64,000 nucleotides of DNA from Histomonas meleagridis 2922-C6/04-290x (lineage: Eukaryota; Protista; Parabasalia), in assembly GCA_020184695.1 (NCBI GenBank), contig JAANOX010000034.1, positions 496,001-560,000 on the forward strand, written 5' to 3'. The position numbers were made by a program, and so were the translations under genes. The notes under the pieces are model-generated. The model saw nothing but the letters and a program-made list of their open reading frames with translations. It searched no databases and was not told the DNA's origin. This document shows positions 19,861-32,500 of this stretch, piece after piece. Every line of letters starts with the position of its first letter. Within the stretch, counting starts at the first letter, position 1.

Positions 19861-22710
19861 ATGGAAGCAAAAGATAAAACCGAAGCAAAAGAAGAAGTTA
19901 ATGGAAATTTGCAGATAAACCCTACCACACTTGATATTATATGCGATCCAAATCCTCCTCTATCCAAATTTTCGAAAGCCGATCAAGAGAAAATGTCTTA
20001 TTTGATTGTATCAGATTTAGCAAAAAGCGAATATCAAGATATAAAACCCGAGCATTTTAGCTGGGTTCTCAATTTTTATGAGTATGCTCTCACAATAAAA
20101 GATTTTCAATCAAGAAATGAAAATTCATCAATTTCTGGCACAGCATTTAATTTTTATTTTTACCAGATCAAAAAGCTTATAGAAAGTAAAAAACTTCAAG
20201 AAAATGAACAATATTTAATTACTCTATTAATACAATTATCAAAAATTTTTTCTAATGATTCATACATAACTGCCCAAAGCATACCAAACGTGTCAAATGC
20301 GCAGAACACAGAAAATACCCTCAGCACAAGTGATATTCTTGAACTTTACAAGCTTGCTAAGGATAAAAAACTTAGCAACGCAGCACGTACAATATTCTCA
20401 TTAGTGATTGGCTCAATGGACTTAGTGAAATTCGATGTAAGCACGTCTAAAGACAAATCCGTTTTAATTCAGCTCTCATCGTCCGACGGTTTTACTCTCA
20501 ATTTTCTGAATCGTTTTAATCCGTTAATTGATTTTTATATCTCGAAAAGTTCCACATTTCGGGCTCATTGGATTCAAAAATTCACATCAATATTTCTTTC
20601 TGTTAAAGATAATCATATCCAGAAACAAATTAATCCCGAAATTTTTGATTCTATAACAACATTAATTGATTATTTCAGAGGAAAAATTGATAACTTCCCA
20701 AATGAAGAGAAAAACAAAGCTTTTACTCAAATAATAAGGTCGTGGAAGTATTTAGCTGAAAATAAACGAGGAATCTTCTTCGATTTACCAACAGAAGAAA
20801 TCAAGACTGACTTTTTAAAGTGGTTTTCGCCTGACTTAGAATGTCATTATTCGTTTCATCCTTTATTTGAACTTATTAAAATTGGGGAACAAAAAGATAA
20901 TCAAAAGATAAATAATATTGCTAAAGACATAATCATGAAGATATTAGACAAGAAGTATGGGAAAGATTCTGGATTATATCTGAACTTACCATCATTTGCA
21001 TTTGATTTTTTGATAAGTAATATTGATTTTATTACAGGTGATAATTTTCCAAAATTTACAAACTATTTCAATCACTTAAAAGAACTACTTGGAAATGAAG
21101 AATTTAGTGAAGATAGTCGAACTTGTGTTCTCTACTTACTCACATCAATTCGCGAAGTTGTCAAAAAGGAAAATTTTGAACCGTTAACTGACACTTTTAT
21201 GGTTTTCTTAGAAGAACTTTTTAAGAACAAACAAAAGAAAAAAGTGGCGACGGTTTTATCTACTATTTTTGTTTATTTATTATCATATTATCATATTGAT
21301 GACAACAAAAATAGTAAAATTTGGTGTTTAATTTCCAATTTCTTTGAAGACAAAAGTTTAAATCAAGAACACAAACATTTATATTGTCTTCTAAATTTAA
21401 TATTTGGATTTATTCCTCATATAATGTCTAAAGGGAAGTTCATCCCTATGCCCAAATTAATTGAGCAATGTAGTCTTGAAAACAATGGTTTCAATTCTTA
21501 TGAGATTCAAGAACAGAAATTATTATTGATATCCTTAATGTTATTATCAGAAGGCTCAGAACATTTCCATGACAACATATCATTGTTTAAGAGCATTTAT
21601 AGGTTTGTTTGCATGCCACCCAAATCCGACGAAAAATTAAATAATTTTTTTAGGATGGCCAAAATCTCCCTCATTACAAGTTGTGGCCGCTTCATAGAGC
21701 ATAAGGACATTAAATTTAACTTCAAATCCGAGAATTATGTTACCTTACAATATATTATATCTGTCATTGGTCATAACCAAATTGCAATCCGGCATGGCCT
21801 TGGCTACAACATCTTTGAAGTAGAGAATCTTACCAAGAATGAATTCAAAATTGAAGATGATCAACAATTTGGAACTTATGAACGAATTGAGCCATACAAC
21901 ATATACAAGTCGCAATGTGATTTTGATGATCCTAATGATGAAAAGAACCTACAAGAAGTCGATTCCTTATTTAATTGCGAAGAAGATTTTTATGAATTAG
22001 AAGAGACCACGACAGAGAGCACACTAAACTCAGCGCATTCATTTCTCTGTGACCTAGGCTTCTTATCCAAAGATTCCATTTCTCATACACGAAAAATATA
22101 CGAATCGAATTTTATGGTCAAAAAAATCGAATCAATTGATCGAAAAGTGTCAACTCCATTAAAAGTGCCAATACTTCAAATTGTCCATAAGAACGAAGAC
22201 TTTGTTGCCAAGGAAACGAAACTTGCGAAAGAGCTTCTTAAGAACATTGAGAACGTTGGCAACTCGCGCATATTCCACTTTAAGTATTTGACGTATAAAA
22301 ACTCTGAGAAGAACCAAATCGAGAAGGAGTCGAAGAGGTTGGGCTATGTCATCATATTAAACGAAATGAACATGGAAATCAACTCGAAGGCTTCGATCAA
22401 TGACCAGTATAAAGTGATACTATGCTTGACACCTATCAATGGGTTTTACGTGGTCAACTTCATATACAAAGAGAATTCGGTGTTCAAGGAAAAGGGACAA
22501 ATGAAGTTCATCGTGTACAAGGAGTACATCGGACAAATTATTACTTTGGTCTCGTTGTTAATACACTCGGCAGAACCGGACGAGTTCATAATGTGCTTCG
22601 AAAGAAGAACAAAAATTATTAAGGAGGTCTTCGACGCAGCAAAAATGGAGGAGCCCGACTTCAGAACGTTCTTCTTCGGCGCATACGAAGACGCGTTCGG
22701 AGATAAATGA
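19861..22710 (+). CDS. Large helical protein with possible degenerate Rap/RalGAP-like C-terminus
   Basis: ~950-aa ORF (first ATG at 19861); IDRKVSTPLKVPILQI resembles the start of a RapGAP domain, weakly. Confidence 0.55.
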   Translation: MEAKDKTEAKEEVNGNLQINPTTLDIICDPNPPLSKFSKADQEKMSYLIVSDLAKSEYQDIKPEHFSWVLNFYEYALTIKDFQSRNENSSISGTAFNFYFYQIKKLIESKKLQENEQYLITLLIQLSKIFSNDSYITAQSIPNVSNAQNTENTLSTSDILELYKLAKDKKLSNAARTIFSLVIGSMDLVKFDVSTSKDKSVLIQLSSSDGFTLNFLNRFNPLIDFYISKSSTFRAHWIQKFTSIFLSVKDNHIQKQINPEIFDSITTLIDYFRGKIDNFPNEEKNKAFTQIIRSWKYLAENKRGIFFDLPTEEIKTDFLKWFSPDLECHYSFHPLFELIKIGEQKDNQKINNIAKDIIMKILDKKYGKDSGLYLNLPSFAFDFLISNIDFITGDNFPKFTNYFNHLKELLGNEEFSEDSRTCVLYLLTSIREVVKKENFEPLTDTFMVFLEELFKNKQKKKVATVLSTIFVYLLSYYHIDDNKNSKIWCLISNFFEDKSLNQEHKHLYCLLNLIFGFIPHIMSKGKFIPMPKLIEQCSLENNGFNSYEIQEQKLLLISLMLLSEGSEHFHDNISLFKSIYRFVCMPPKSDEKLNNFFRMAKISLITSCGRFIEHKDIKFNFKSENYVTLQYIISVIGHNQIAIRHGLGYNIFEVENLTKNEFKIEDDQQFGTYERIEPYNIYKSQCDFDDPNDEKNLQEVDSLFNCEEDFYELEETTTESTLNSAHSFLCDLGFLSKDSISHTRKIYESNFMVKKIESIDRKVSTPLKVPILQIVHKNEDFVAKETKLAKELLKNIENVGNSRIFHFKYLTYKNSEKNQIEKESKRLGYVIILNEMNMEINSKASINDQYKVILCLTPINGFYVVNFIYKENSVFKEKGQMKFIVYKEYIGQIITLVSLLIHSAEPDEFIMCFERRTKIIKEVFDAAKMEEPDFRTFFFGAYEDAFGDK

Positions 22711-23189
22711 TTTGATAAAAGCGTATTTTGAATAAGTTTTCAATTCGAATCGTTGTTTAAGGCAATGATATGCTCGATGATGTATGCGGCAAAATGAGTT
22801 CTTTTGGGCCTCAACGATGGAAATAAGGACAAAATTCAAATAAATTTCGCTTGTGCTTTTAGTGGAGTGATTTCGTCACTTTTATGTAAATTTTCAATTG
22901 TTTTATCGTTTGAAGTGTGATAAGAATTCACCTTAAAATATAAAGCTTTTCGAAATGATGAATTAAAAGTTGAATTATACATGACCTGTGAAAATTTTGG
23001 TTCATCAGCTGATGAAATCTACCTTGGTTTCATTCCGAAATATATTGTAAATGTTGAGGTGTAATTGTAGCAAATATTCTGAATCTAAAATATTGCAAAT
23101 ATTTATATTTTAAATACATTCAATAAAATTGCTCCTTATTTATATTTGAGTTGTGTAAATAATTAACTATAAATTAATTATAAAATTTG

Positions 23190-23829
23190 ATATCATGAAG
23201 GGAATATTTTTATTTTTTACCTATATCAGCATTAGATTGAAAAACTATTAAATTCATTTCAGAATAATGTTTGGAAATTGTTTAAAAAATTTGAAATAGC
23301 ACTTATGTAAGCATCTGGTAATAGTTATATAAAAATATTCAAATTACTTTTTGAGCAAGGAAAAATTGATATTAATGCTAGAAATATTTATTTATTTTAT
23401 TTGAAATCTATTTCAATAATTCTTGGAATATTTTAAAATAATATTTGGAAATCATTTATATTATTTAAAACAATACTTATTTGAATATCTTTTCAATATT
23501 ATATAAAAATAGTTAAATTACTTCTTAAACAAAAAGGAATTGATTTTAATGATGAATATATTTATTGTTTGATGATAATATTTCTATGAAATTTTATGGA
23601 TATCAAATCTATTGGAAATGAACAGACTGAAGTTATTTAAATATTACTTAAAAATGGATAATATCGATATAAATATGAATGATGTTCATATATTTTAAAA
23701 GATTTATTAATTTAATGATCATAATTATTAAATCAAATTCGGAATTTCAATTAAATGAAAGAAACAGTATTTACATATGCAACTAAGAAAGATATCGAAA
23801 TTATATAATTACTTGAAAAATATAAATAG
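23190..23829 (+). pseudogene. Decayed ankyrin array with spacers and the shared C-terminal cap
   Basis: Same repeat/spacer units ending KETVFTYATKKDIEI..LLEKYK*; stops inside coding blocks; one spacer is 84 nt. Confidence 0.8.
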
Positions 23830-24128
23830 AAAATTAATCATATGTTAAATTCAAATGTATAAACATATAATTTTTCAATTAATAATATGATGAAATATAT
23901 ATCCTACATATATATTAAAAAAAATTACTCCAAAAATAATATCCGTTATGCATAATTTTAATACTATGATATGGTGTGTAATTACACATTAATTCTAGGA
24001 TTTATTTTATCGGTACGAAACATTGGAACAGCAGCGGTTGTTAAACAGGCATATTTTATTTCTGAGCTTTACGCCGTTACTTCGTCAACTTATTTTTTTT
24101 CTGACATAACCGCCATATCGTCATTACC

Positions 24129-26600
24129 ATGGCCGCTGAACCAAACAACATCCCACCACCAAAACAACAATTAGAAGAATATGAACGACTTAAAAAGGAG
24201 GCCTCTATTAAGGCAGGAGAAGATGCATACATTATTTCAGTTAAATGGTTTGATAAATGGAAAGAATATGTTAAAAAGTATAGTGAAGATAGCACACCAT
24301 GTGGGCAAATTGACAACACATGCCTGTTGAAGGATGGTAAGTTTGATTACAAGAACAACCATGAATCTTTTGATTATGAGATTTTCCCAAAGCAAATTTG
24401 GGATTTATTTCATTCTTGGTATGGTGGAGGCCCTGCTATAGCTGTTGAAGTTATTGAATATCATGAAAAACCAGTTGCTATTGTTAATCACATCAAATTT
24501 AAAGTTTATTATCAAAAAAAGGAAATGGAAATCGAGACAAACAAGTATGAAAAGGTATTAGATCTCCGACTTAAAATTCTCAAGTTATTTGATTTACCAG
24601 AAGATACAGAATCCAGACTTATTGATTATTATAATAAGCATAACTACGGTACAATCAAAGACAAACAACACATTGCTGAGACCAAGCTGTATGAAGGACA
24701 AGAGATTCTTTTAGATACCAAAGATGAAAATGGAAAATGGAAACATGAAAAGAAAACAACAACATACTCAACTTCATACACCAATTACTACACAAGTCCT
24801 GCCCCAGCTCCAGGTCTTGTTGGTCTTAGTAATCTTGGGAACACATGCTTTTTCAATTCAGGAGTTCAATGTCTTCTTCACACCAACCCACTTAAAGCTC
24901 TATTCCTTCACGGTGATTGGGAGCGAGATCTTAACACCACCAATCCCATTGGTATGAAAGGAAAATTAGCTCAAACCTTCATCAAACTTTTTAATGATGT
25001 TTGGAGTCCTAATGCCTCCAAAGTTATAGCACCACGTGATCTTAAACATGTCATAGGTCGATATGCCCCCCAGTTTTCGGGCTACGGCCAACAAGATTCC
25101 CAAGAGCTCATCACATTTATGCTTGATGGGATTCATGAGGACTTAAACCGCTGCAAAGTGAAACCGCAAACGGAAACCGTCGACGGTGATGGCACCAATG
25201 ATGAAGAAGTTGCGGTAAAGTCATGGGAGAATTACAAGAAGCGTAATGATAGTATGATTGTTGATACCTTTTATGGTCAATTACGGTCTAGTTTAAATTG
25301 TCCGAATTGTCATGCGACCACAGTTGTATTTGATCCATATAATGTATTAAATTTACCAATCTCAAAGCCACATTGCATCCAACTTAATGTTCGATATATC
25401 CCATATGATTTCAAAGAGAAACATCTTCAGTTAACAATTGCAATACCAACAAATCCAACAATCGATGATATCTCTAAAGCGGTTTCTAATAAGATTGGCA
25501 AAGAAGTTAATGTCGTCATAGGCACCAAAGGTTACACAAATTCATTTACATGGCGTATAAAACAAAGCGAATACTCCACACCGAAGTATTACGTCTTTGA
25601 AGTCCCAACGAAAGACAAATTATATATTCCATCATATGTCCAAATGAAAGTTCAGTCGAAATATGCATATGAATATGCGAGGGATGAATCAGTCGCCGGC
25701 CCATTCTTAGTTCCAATCGATTTCGCTGACCTCGACAAGGAAAACGTCGAAGAAGAAATCGAAAAATCGGCCAAAGAAAGGTTAAGTTACGTGTGGGAAA
25801 GTCCGGGCGACATAGAAGTGACGGAAGAGATCGACAAGTTAATGAAATCAATAAAATTACCGAAGAAGGAAGAATACGAAGAAGAAGGAGAAGGCAAAGA
25901 GTTAATTGCGAAAATAGAGAAAACTTATTCTTATGGATACACAAAAGATAAGAAGTTGGACGCCGATAAGCATTTTAAATATATGTCAACAAAAATTGTC
26001 AAAATTAAATTGACCGATAGCGCCGTTACGCCAGAAAAAGGATTTTCTTTGATAAACCTCATACAAAATTATGAGCCTGAAAGTTCAATGTACAGCTCAA
26101 AAAGTAAGGAAGCCGACGCCGAACAAATTACACTCAATAAGTGTTTTGAATACTTTACAACGGAGGAGACGTTAGACGAACAAAATCAATGGTTCTGCCC
26201 GAAGTGTAGACAATTTGTATGCGCTAGAAAGGTAATGGATATATGGACAGCACCAAAGATATTAATTGTGAGCTTGAAACGTTTCATATCTGCTGGTCGT
26301 TCTACAAGTAAATTAGGTACATACGTCGATTATCCAGATTTACTTGACATTAGCAAATATGTCAAAGGCCCACATGAAAACCATCCGAGCATGAAATATA
26401 GGTTGTACGCAGTGTCTGAACATATGGGAACAATGTACGGAGGGCATTACATAGCACACGCGATTCTATCACAAGAAGACCATTTACATGATGACGATAA
26501 GTGGTATTGCTTCGACGACTCTTCTGTTGCAGCTGCTTCTGCAAGCGACGCACATAGCGCAAGAGGATACGTACTATTTTATGAAAGAATTGATCAATAA
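24129..26600 (+). CDS. Ubiquitin-specific protease with DUSP domain (USP4/11/15-like, C19)
   Basis: DUSP N-terminus; GLSNLGNTCFFNS Cys box, QQDSQE, HMGTMYGGHYIA His box; TCATT Inr at 24121. Confidence 0.95.
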   Translation: MAAEPNNIPPPKQQLEEYERLKKEASIKAGEDAYIISVKWFDKWKEYVKKYSEDSTPCGQIDNTCLLKDGKFDYKNNHESFDYEIFPKQIWDLFHSWYGGGPAIAVEVIEYHEKPVAIVNHIKFKVYYQKKEMEIETNKYEKVLDLRLKILKLFDLPEDTESRLIDYYNKHNYGTIKDKQHIAETKLYEGQEILLDTKDENGKWKHEKKTTTYSTSYTNYYTSPAPAPGLVGLSNLGNTCFFNSGVQCLLHTNPLKALFLHGDWERDLNTTNPIGMKGKLAQTFIKLFNDVWSPNASKVIAPRDLKHVIGRYAPQFSGYGQQDSQELITFMLDGIHEDLNRCKVKPQTETVDGDGTNDEEVAVKSWENYKKRNDSMIVDTFYGQLRSSLNCPNCHATTVVFDPYNVLNLPISKPHCIQLNVRYIPYDFKEKHLQLTIAIPTNPTIDDISKAVSNKIGKEVNVVIGTKGYTNSFTWRIKQSEYSTPKYYVFEVPTKDKLYIPSYVQMKVQSKYAYEYARDESVAGPFLVPIDFADLDKENVEEEIEKSAKERLSYVWESPGDIEVTEEIDKLMKSIKLPKKEEYEEEGEGKELIAKIEKTYSYGYTKDKKLDADKHFKYMSTKIVKIKLTDSAVTPEKGFSLINLIQNYEPESSMYSSKSKEADAEQITLNKCFEYFTTEETLDEQNQWFCPKCRQFVCARKVMDIWTAPKILIVSLKRFISAGRSTSKLGTYVDYPDLLDISKYVKGPHENHPSMKYRLYAVSEHMGTMYGGHYIAHAILSQEDHLHDDDKWYCFDDSSVAAASASDAHSARGYVLFYERIDQ

Positions 26601-26875
26601 AAAACTGATTGGCACTTTTTGTATTTTTGACACTGTTTGAATTTATCCAATTTTGAATACTTTGAAACTGCTGCAGAGAAATTTCTGCGCATCGTTTAAT
26701 GGTAAATGCGGAACATTCGGAATTTATTTTTGAAGATTAGATTTAGTGTTTAGGTGTAGGATATTGTGAAATAAAAAATTAGAGATGAAAAGATTTTGAA
26801 AGTCGTAGGAAATGAGTTCAAAGGTTTGCAAACTTTTGTGTGAATACGGTTTAGACGGAGCCCGTTTAATATTGG

Positions 26876-27214
26876 ATGCAGAAAAGCCAAAATGAGCAAC
26901 TGGATGAAAACTCAATAGAAATCAAAGGTAAAATTAGATGTACAAATTCGGATGTGCAGATACAAACAATAAGTTCGCCAATGCCTCCTAATTCTTCCGT
27001 TTTCCCACCTCGTGATGACTTAGCAAAAAAATATCAAAATCTCCTGGCAAAATATGAAAAATTACTCAAGCAAAAACAGGACCTTTTAAAGCAACAACAA
27101 AGCCTTGAAAAAGAAATTGACGAAATGGATAAAAAACATAAAAAAATCTCCGGTAAAATATCAAAAGCTAGAGAAGATTATCAGAAGAAACAATACGAGC
27201 TATTTCTCGAGTAA
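26876..27214 (+). CDS. Short coiled-coil protein
   Basis: 112 aa with heptad-like K/Q/L/E pattern. Confidence 0.55.
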   Translation: MQKSQNEQLDENSIEIKGKIRCTNSDVQIQTISSPMPPNSSVFPPRDDLAKKYQNLLAKYEKLLKQKQDLLKQQQSLEKEIDEMDKKHKKISGKISKAREDYQKKQYELFLE

Positions 27215-27395
27215 ATATTTGTTATTTTTGGAAATTTATTTTTCGAAATCTTCACATGATATTCATTTTTTGAAAAATATTAATATCACATTTTTAGCTA
27301 CGTAAAAAACCTTGGCCATTCTTTAAAACAGCTTTAAATATCGTTTTCGAATATTTTTTGTAAACGACGAATAAACGTATCTCCAAAGAAAAAAA

Positions 27396-29006
27396 GTGAA
27401 GAAACAGCAACAAAAATCAACTACAAAATCATTTTCAACTGACCTTGCTTCGAGTTTAGGGTATGTCAGTGTTAAAGTACCTCAACCAGGCTCAGTTAGC
27501 TTGAATCGTTATTCAATTGAACTATTTTTTCATTTTTATCATCGTGCTGATTTATCTTGTATTTTAACATCTAGTCACATAGAATATGGATTTAGAGCTC
27601 TTGTAGAGGCATCTCAATTCGAAGAACTTAATCCATTGAAATCATTAATTGACCATTGCTTTATTTTGTCCTTCTGCAATATTATAGTTAATGATGGAAA
27701 TGAACGTTCTTCTTTATTCCTTGATCGTCAAGCAAAATATTCTTCTTTTTCTGATGAATTTATTCAAAAACTTAGAACATTAAATCCAGAATTTGTTGAT
27801 GGACATCCAGAGATATCACAATATCTAATGAATCCGACCATTATTGATTTCGATTCAAATTTTTATCACAATCTAAATCTATATCTCAAAGAAAATCCAA
27901 TACCAGGCTTAATTTTTCTTATTCGTTATTTTCTTCACAATGAAACCATTTCATATGAACCACTACGTCAATACAGTCATATTGATAATCAACCTAATAA
28001 CCTAAAATACAGATTTGAATCAACTACTTTTCCATTTAATGAGACTAATATACCACATATTGTTTATGATCTAAAAGCTCCTCAAGATAAAAATTCTCGA
28101 CCTTTAACATTCCTCATGAGGCACCCCGCGCCCAGTTCACCTCACATACCTTCTCTATCGTCAATTGCGCTCCCCCCCAATTCCTACGCTGCCACTTTTT
28201 GTCCACTCACTTCATCTGTTTGCTATTCAATTCAAAACGAACTTTTTTATGTTTTAGATGGAAAAGTCCGAAAGTTATATCCACATCAATATATGATATC
28301 CGCACTGGCATTTTCAGATTGTGGTAATTATATAATTAGTGGTGATACAATGGGCAATATCCAAATGCAAAATGTTCATACATTTCAAACTATTTCCTAT
28401 CAAAATGTACGTAATGCGATAACATATATCACATTCAGAGAAAACATTTTTATCGTAGGAACAATTAAAGGAACAATATTTTTATACCAAACAAACTCGA
28501 CAAAATTTTTGCGCTCATTTTCATTCCATAAAAACTCGATCACATTTATAGAGATACATCCAAACTTGGAATACTTTGCAAGTGCATCGATGGATGGATA
28601 TATTCGCGTATATTCGATAACATTATGCGCGTGTGTTCGCATCTGGAAGTCGTCCGGAAAGATTCCGCTCTCGTGCCGATTTAGTCACAACGGAAAATGG
28701 ATTATAGTCACATGCGACGATGGTTTGATGGACATAATCGACGTCGGAGATGCGAAAGTGATTCGGTCGTTGATAATCGACGCGTACACAATCGACGCGT
28801 GCTTCTCGCCAAATGATCGCAGGTTCGCTGTCGTGGATCGAACAGGTGGATTCTCGCTGTGGGACGTAGACGACTTGGGAAAGGAATCGCTGACTGTGCT
28901 GAGAATAGATAACATAGAGCCGTTCACGGTGCAGTACTTGGAAAATGATGAAATTAGAGTGGTCGGGAAGTACTCAGATAAAAACTATGGAAATGAAAAT
29001 TATTAA
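27396..29006 (+). CDS. TAF5-like WD40 protein (start uncertain)
   Basis: FSFHKNSITFIEIHPNLEYFASASMDGYIRVY and FSHNGKW resemble TAF5 WD repeats; first in-frame ATG only at 27828. Confidence 0.6.
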   Translation: MKKQQQKSTTKSFSTDLASSLGYVSVKVPQPGSVSLNRYSIELFFHFYHRADLSCILTSSHIEYGFRALVEASQFEELNPLKSLIDHCFILSFCNIIVNDGNERSSLFLDRQAKYSSFSDEFIQKLRTLNPEFVDGHPEISQYLMNPTIIDFDSNFYHNLNLYLKENPIPGLIFLIRYFLHNETISYEPLRQYSHIDNQPNNLKYRFESTTFPFNETNIPHIVYDLKAPQDKNSRPLTFLMRHPAPSSPHIPSLSSIALPPNSYAATFCPLTSSVCYSIQNELFYVLDGKVRKLYPHQYMISALAFSDCGNYIISGDTMGNIQMQNVHTFQTISYQNVRNAITYITFRENIFIVGTIKGTIFLYQTNSTKFLRSFSFHKNSITFIEIHPNLEYFASASMDGYIRVYSITLCACVRIWKSSGKIPLSCRFSHNGKWIIVTCDDGLMDIIDVGDAKVIRSLIIDAYTIDACFSPNDRRFAVVDRTGGFSLWDVDDLGKESLTVLRIDNIEPFTVQYLENDEIRVVGKYSDKNYGNENY

Positions 29007-29544
29007 TAAATATAAATATATGTCATATGATTTTTGATGAAACAATCAGAATAATAATTTTTGGATTTTTCTAAACATCCGATTTAATTTCCTATAAAAA
29101 ATCATTCACTGTTGTGAAAAGCATGTAGCCCAACAACTAAAAATGAAAATAAATGATAAATTTCCATATAGAAAGGTTGTTAGCAAATAGAAAATTTTAA
29201 CATATCTTCTGCCCGGATAAAATTAATTAAAATATGAAAAGAAAATCGAGAAAAGATTGGATTATTGCAAAAATTGCAAAATTAAATCTAAATAATAATA
29301 AAAATATGTTCTCCGTGAATAATGCTATAGTATACACATAATTTTTTTTAAGGAGTAAATCTTCAGTTTTTTACACTTCCGGAAGTGTTTTTAGAATATT
29401 TAATTACATGATGTATATAAACTTAAAGCCCTCGATCAAATGAAATATTAGAATTAATGCAGATAGAAATAATGAAAAACATAAAGAGAATAACAAATAA
29501 ACAGCTCAATAAAACATTAAATTTTTCAAACATTTTTATTCTAT

Positions 29545-32500
29545 TTATTCTTTATCTTCCAATTCCATATTTATATCGTTACTATCTCTTCTTTTCTTGG
29601 CGAAGAACAATTTTGGCAATGCCTTAATAGCAGTCCACTTCAAGTTCCTCTTTATGAACGCCATGAACTGTTCCTGCGTGCCGAACACGTCGAAGATATG
29701 CAGCTCCTGATACTGAAATGGCCGATTCAAGAACTCGCTGAAGACGCCTCTTTTCTCCTTTCTTCTCAAATTTAATTCTGCGTTAAACGAATGGAAGTTA
29801 AACTCCTGACAAAACAATGCGTTGTGTGTGTCCGAGTCATTGAGATTATTATTGTCAATAATATTTGGAGTTTCTTCAATATCATTCATGGAGTCAAGAT
29901 CTAACACTTTAAAGCTTTCTGCGGATGGAAATATTTCGATCAGCTGATGTATGAATGGTATTGGAATACGAATGATAAATGATGAAACTTGTATCTCGAT
30001 GATTTTGAAGACAGGATATTTCATTAAGTTTGGCGCCTTATCGATGTACAAGCTAAATAATGGCGTTTTAGTAGTTATTAACATGTTCTTAAATAAATCA
30101 TCTGATGTTTCTTGTGAAGCTGAAATTGACTTTAAGGAAAATGAAATGATTTGAGATGAATCTCTTTCTATCAAATTTTTGAAGACGATTTCATTTGATT
30201 TTAATGAGCAAAACAATGAATCATTTTTATATAAACGGATTGAGAACTTTTGTAATGTAAAACTAATTGAATGCTTTGTTTGAATTTTTGTACCTCTTTC
30301 CAAATTTAAGAAGTTTACTTGACTGATCAACTTTTTATATATCGAAATAAACATTTCAAAATCAGACGATTTAAATTTGAATGCGACGTTTTCGATTTCA
30401 ATTATATCGATTTTTAACGTTGTCGAATTTGCGTGATAAATTTTTGGATTTAATATTTCGAAAATCGGCTCACCTGCTAAAGAAGAACCATTAATATTAT
30501 TCGAAACGAAAGATATTAACTTAGCGTTAGTATCATTTTCATGAATTTCGAACATATTATCTAACAAGTTCATTTGTAATACAGATTCATCATTAATATG
30601 AAACCGAATTTTAATTTCTTTTGGATTTAAAATCAATTTCGACATTTGGAAATTGTTATTTAAGTCATTAATTGTAAACAAATCAGGGATTTTTGATTTG
30701 ATTATTTTTTTTGGGAATTTTGGTATGTTAAATTCCTCAATTAAACTTAAGATATCTAATGATATATCAGCCAAAACAGATTCCGTTATAACTTTAATTC
30801 CTTCAATTGATTTTCGAAATGTAAATTTATTTAAATATATCGAAGCTAATACAAAAGAATTTAAGTAAGAACTAAAGTTAAGTATATTATAATCGACGAA
30901 CAAATTTGTAGTTCTTCGATTATTTGTCAATTTAAAATTATAAAAATTTTGTGATTCGCCGAATATTTTTGCGTTAATTTTATTCTTTAAATAAGAGAAT
31001 GAAAAAGAAGGTAAATGAACATTAACTTCGAAACCATTTAAATAAGGATGTTGTTCTAAATGTTTAGTAAATCGTGGAGGATTATAAAACTTTATTAAAT
31101 ATTTATTTTCTTTTTGTATGAAAACTTTTTGTAATATTAAAAACAAATTATCCAAATCGATAAATATTGGGATATCATTAAATATTACATTTATTACGAT
31201 TGTATATGTTATAGTTCGATATTTTTCAAATGGGTCATAATTAGGATCAATCATTTTATAGGAGTTAATAGGTATAAATGTCGGATAAATGTTTTCCGGA
31301 TTTTTTGGGTTTTTCGAAGGGATTTTTAATATTATTAATATGTTTTTAATGTTACTTACATTCTTATATCCATCATTAGTTAATAATTTTATGTTTGTAA
31401 TTTCGGAATTAATTTTAAATTCTTTGTCCTCGATAATGAAATTAGTTTCTTCGTTTTGTATTAATATATTATCTTTATGTGAATATGCATGAAATGAATC
31501 ATTAAGTCCAATTTTGAAATCTTTAATATTAAAATTAATTTTCGTTTGAATTCGAAGTTTACAAAAATCAAAAAAGTTAATTCTTCGATATCTAAACTTT
31601 AAAAGTCTAAACAAACTTGTGCCGATTTTATTATCTTGGAAAAACTCTAATATTAAAGGTGTACATTTAATATAAAACTTATCGAAATCACCATTTAAGT
31701 TTATAAATGTAACAGATTTAGATGAAATTTGTGGAATTAATATCTCAAGTTGATTATTATCACAAACAATTTTAAAATGATAAAAATCAGAAATTGTAAT
31801 TCCATTATTTTTCCCAATATAAACAACACCATTAACATTCGAATTAATAAAATTTAAGATTTCTCCAACATGTGGAAGTTTTAATGAAGATTTAAATGAT
31901 TTAAATGTTATTGGTGCACCTGAAACTTTACCAAATTCTTCATTTTTAATTGTTGGACAAAATTCTTTAATTTGTTCTAACGCTATAAATTTGTTTGCTA
32001 TTGATGGACCATTTAAATCAACTTGTAAATTTTCTCCTTCGAATATAAACAAATAATTCTCTGATTTAGGCATTGATTTTAATGATTCTCTAAATAATTT
32101 CATTAATAATATTTTAGAATTTAATTCGAATTGATCCAAATCAAAATTCTTTGTTTTTTGTGCTTTAATTAATTCAATTGCTTTCGATTGTATTTGTAAT
32201 AAGTTTTGCATTGCTGATGATTTGGCTTCATTAATTTTGGACATTTGGATTGCTAATTCATTGTTTAACATCGTCACTTTAACATATTTGAACTTAAATG
32301 AGATGTTTCGCTTTAATGGTGGTAACTTTTCACGTTCTTCTTTAGGTATTCCATGATAAATGTTGTTGATATAACTAAAGATAGCAAAGACTTCTTGGAA
32401 AAAACTATTTTCAGCAAATTGTGGTGTTAACGTTATTTCACATTTATCTAATTTTAAGGCAAATATTGGCTTATAAAATATTATTTGTCCATGTGTACCT

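Noticed and set aside
27461-27466. GTATGT 5' splice-site motif in the TAF5-like ORF
   Set aside because: No downstream ACTAAC..AG motif, and the frame is open through it
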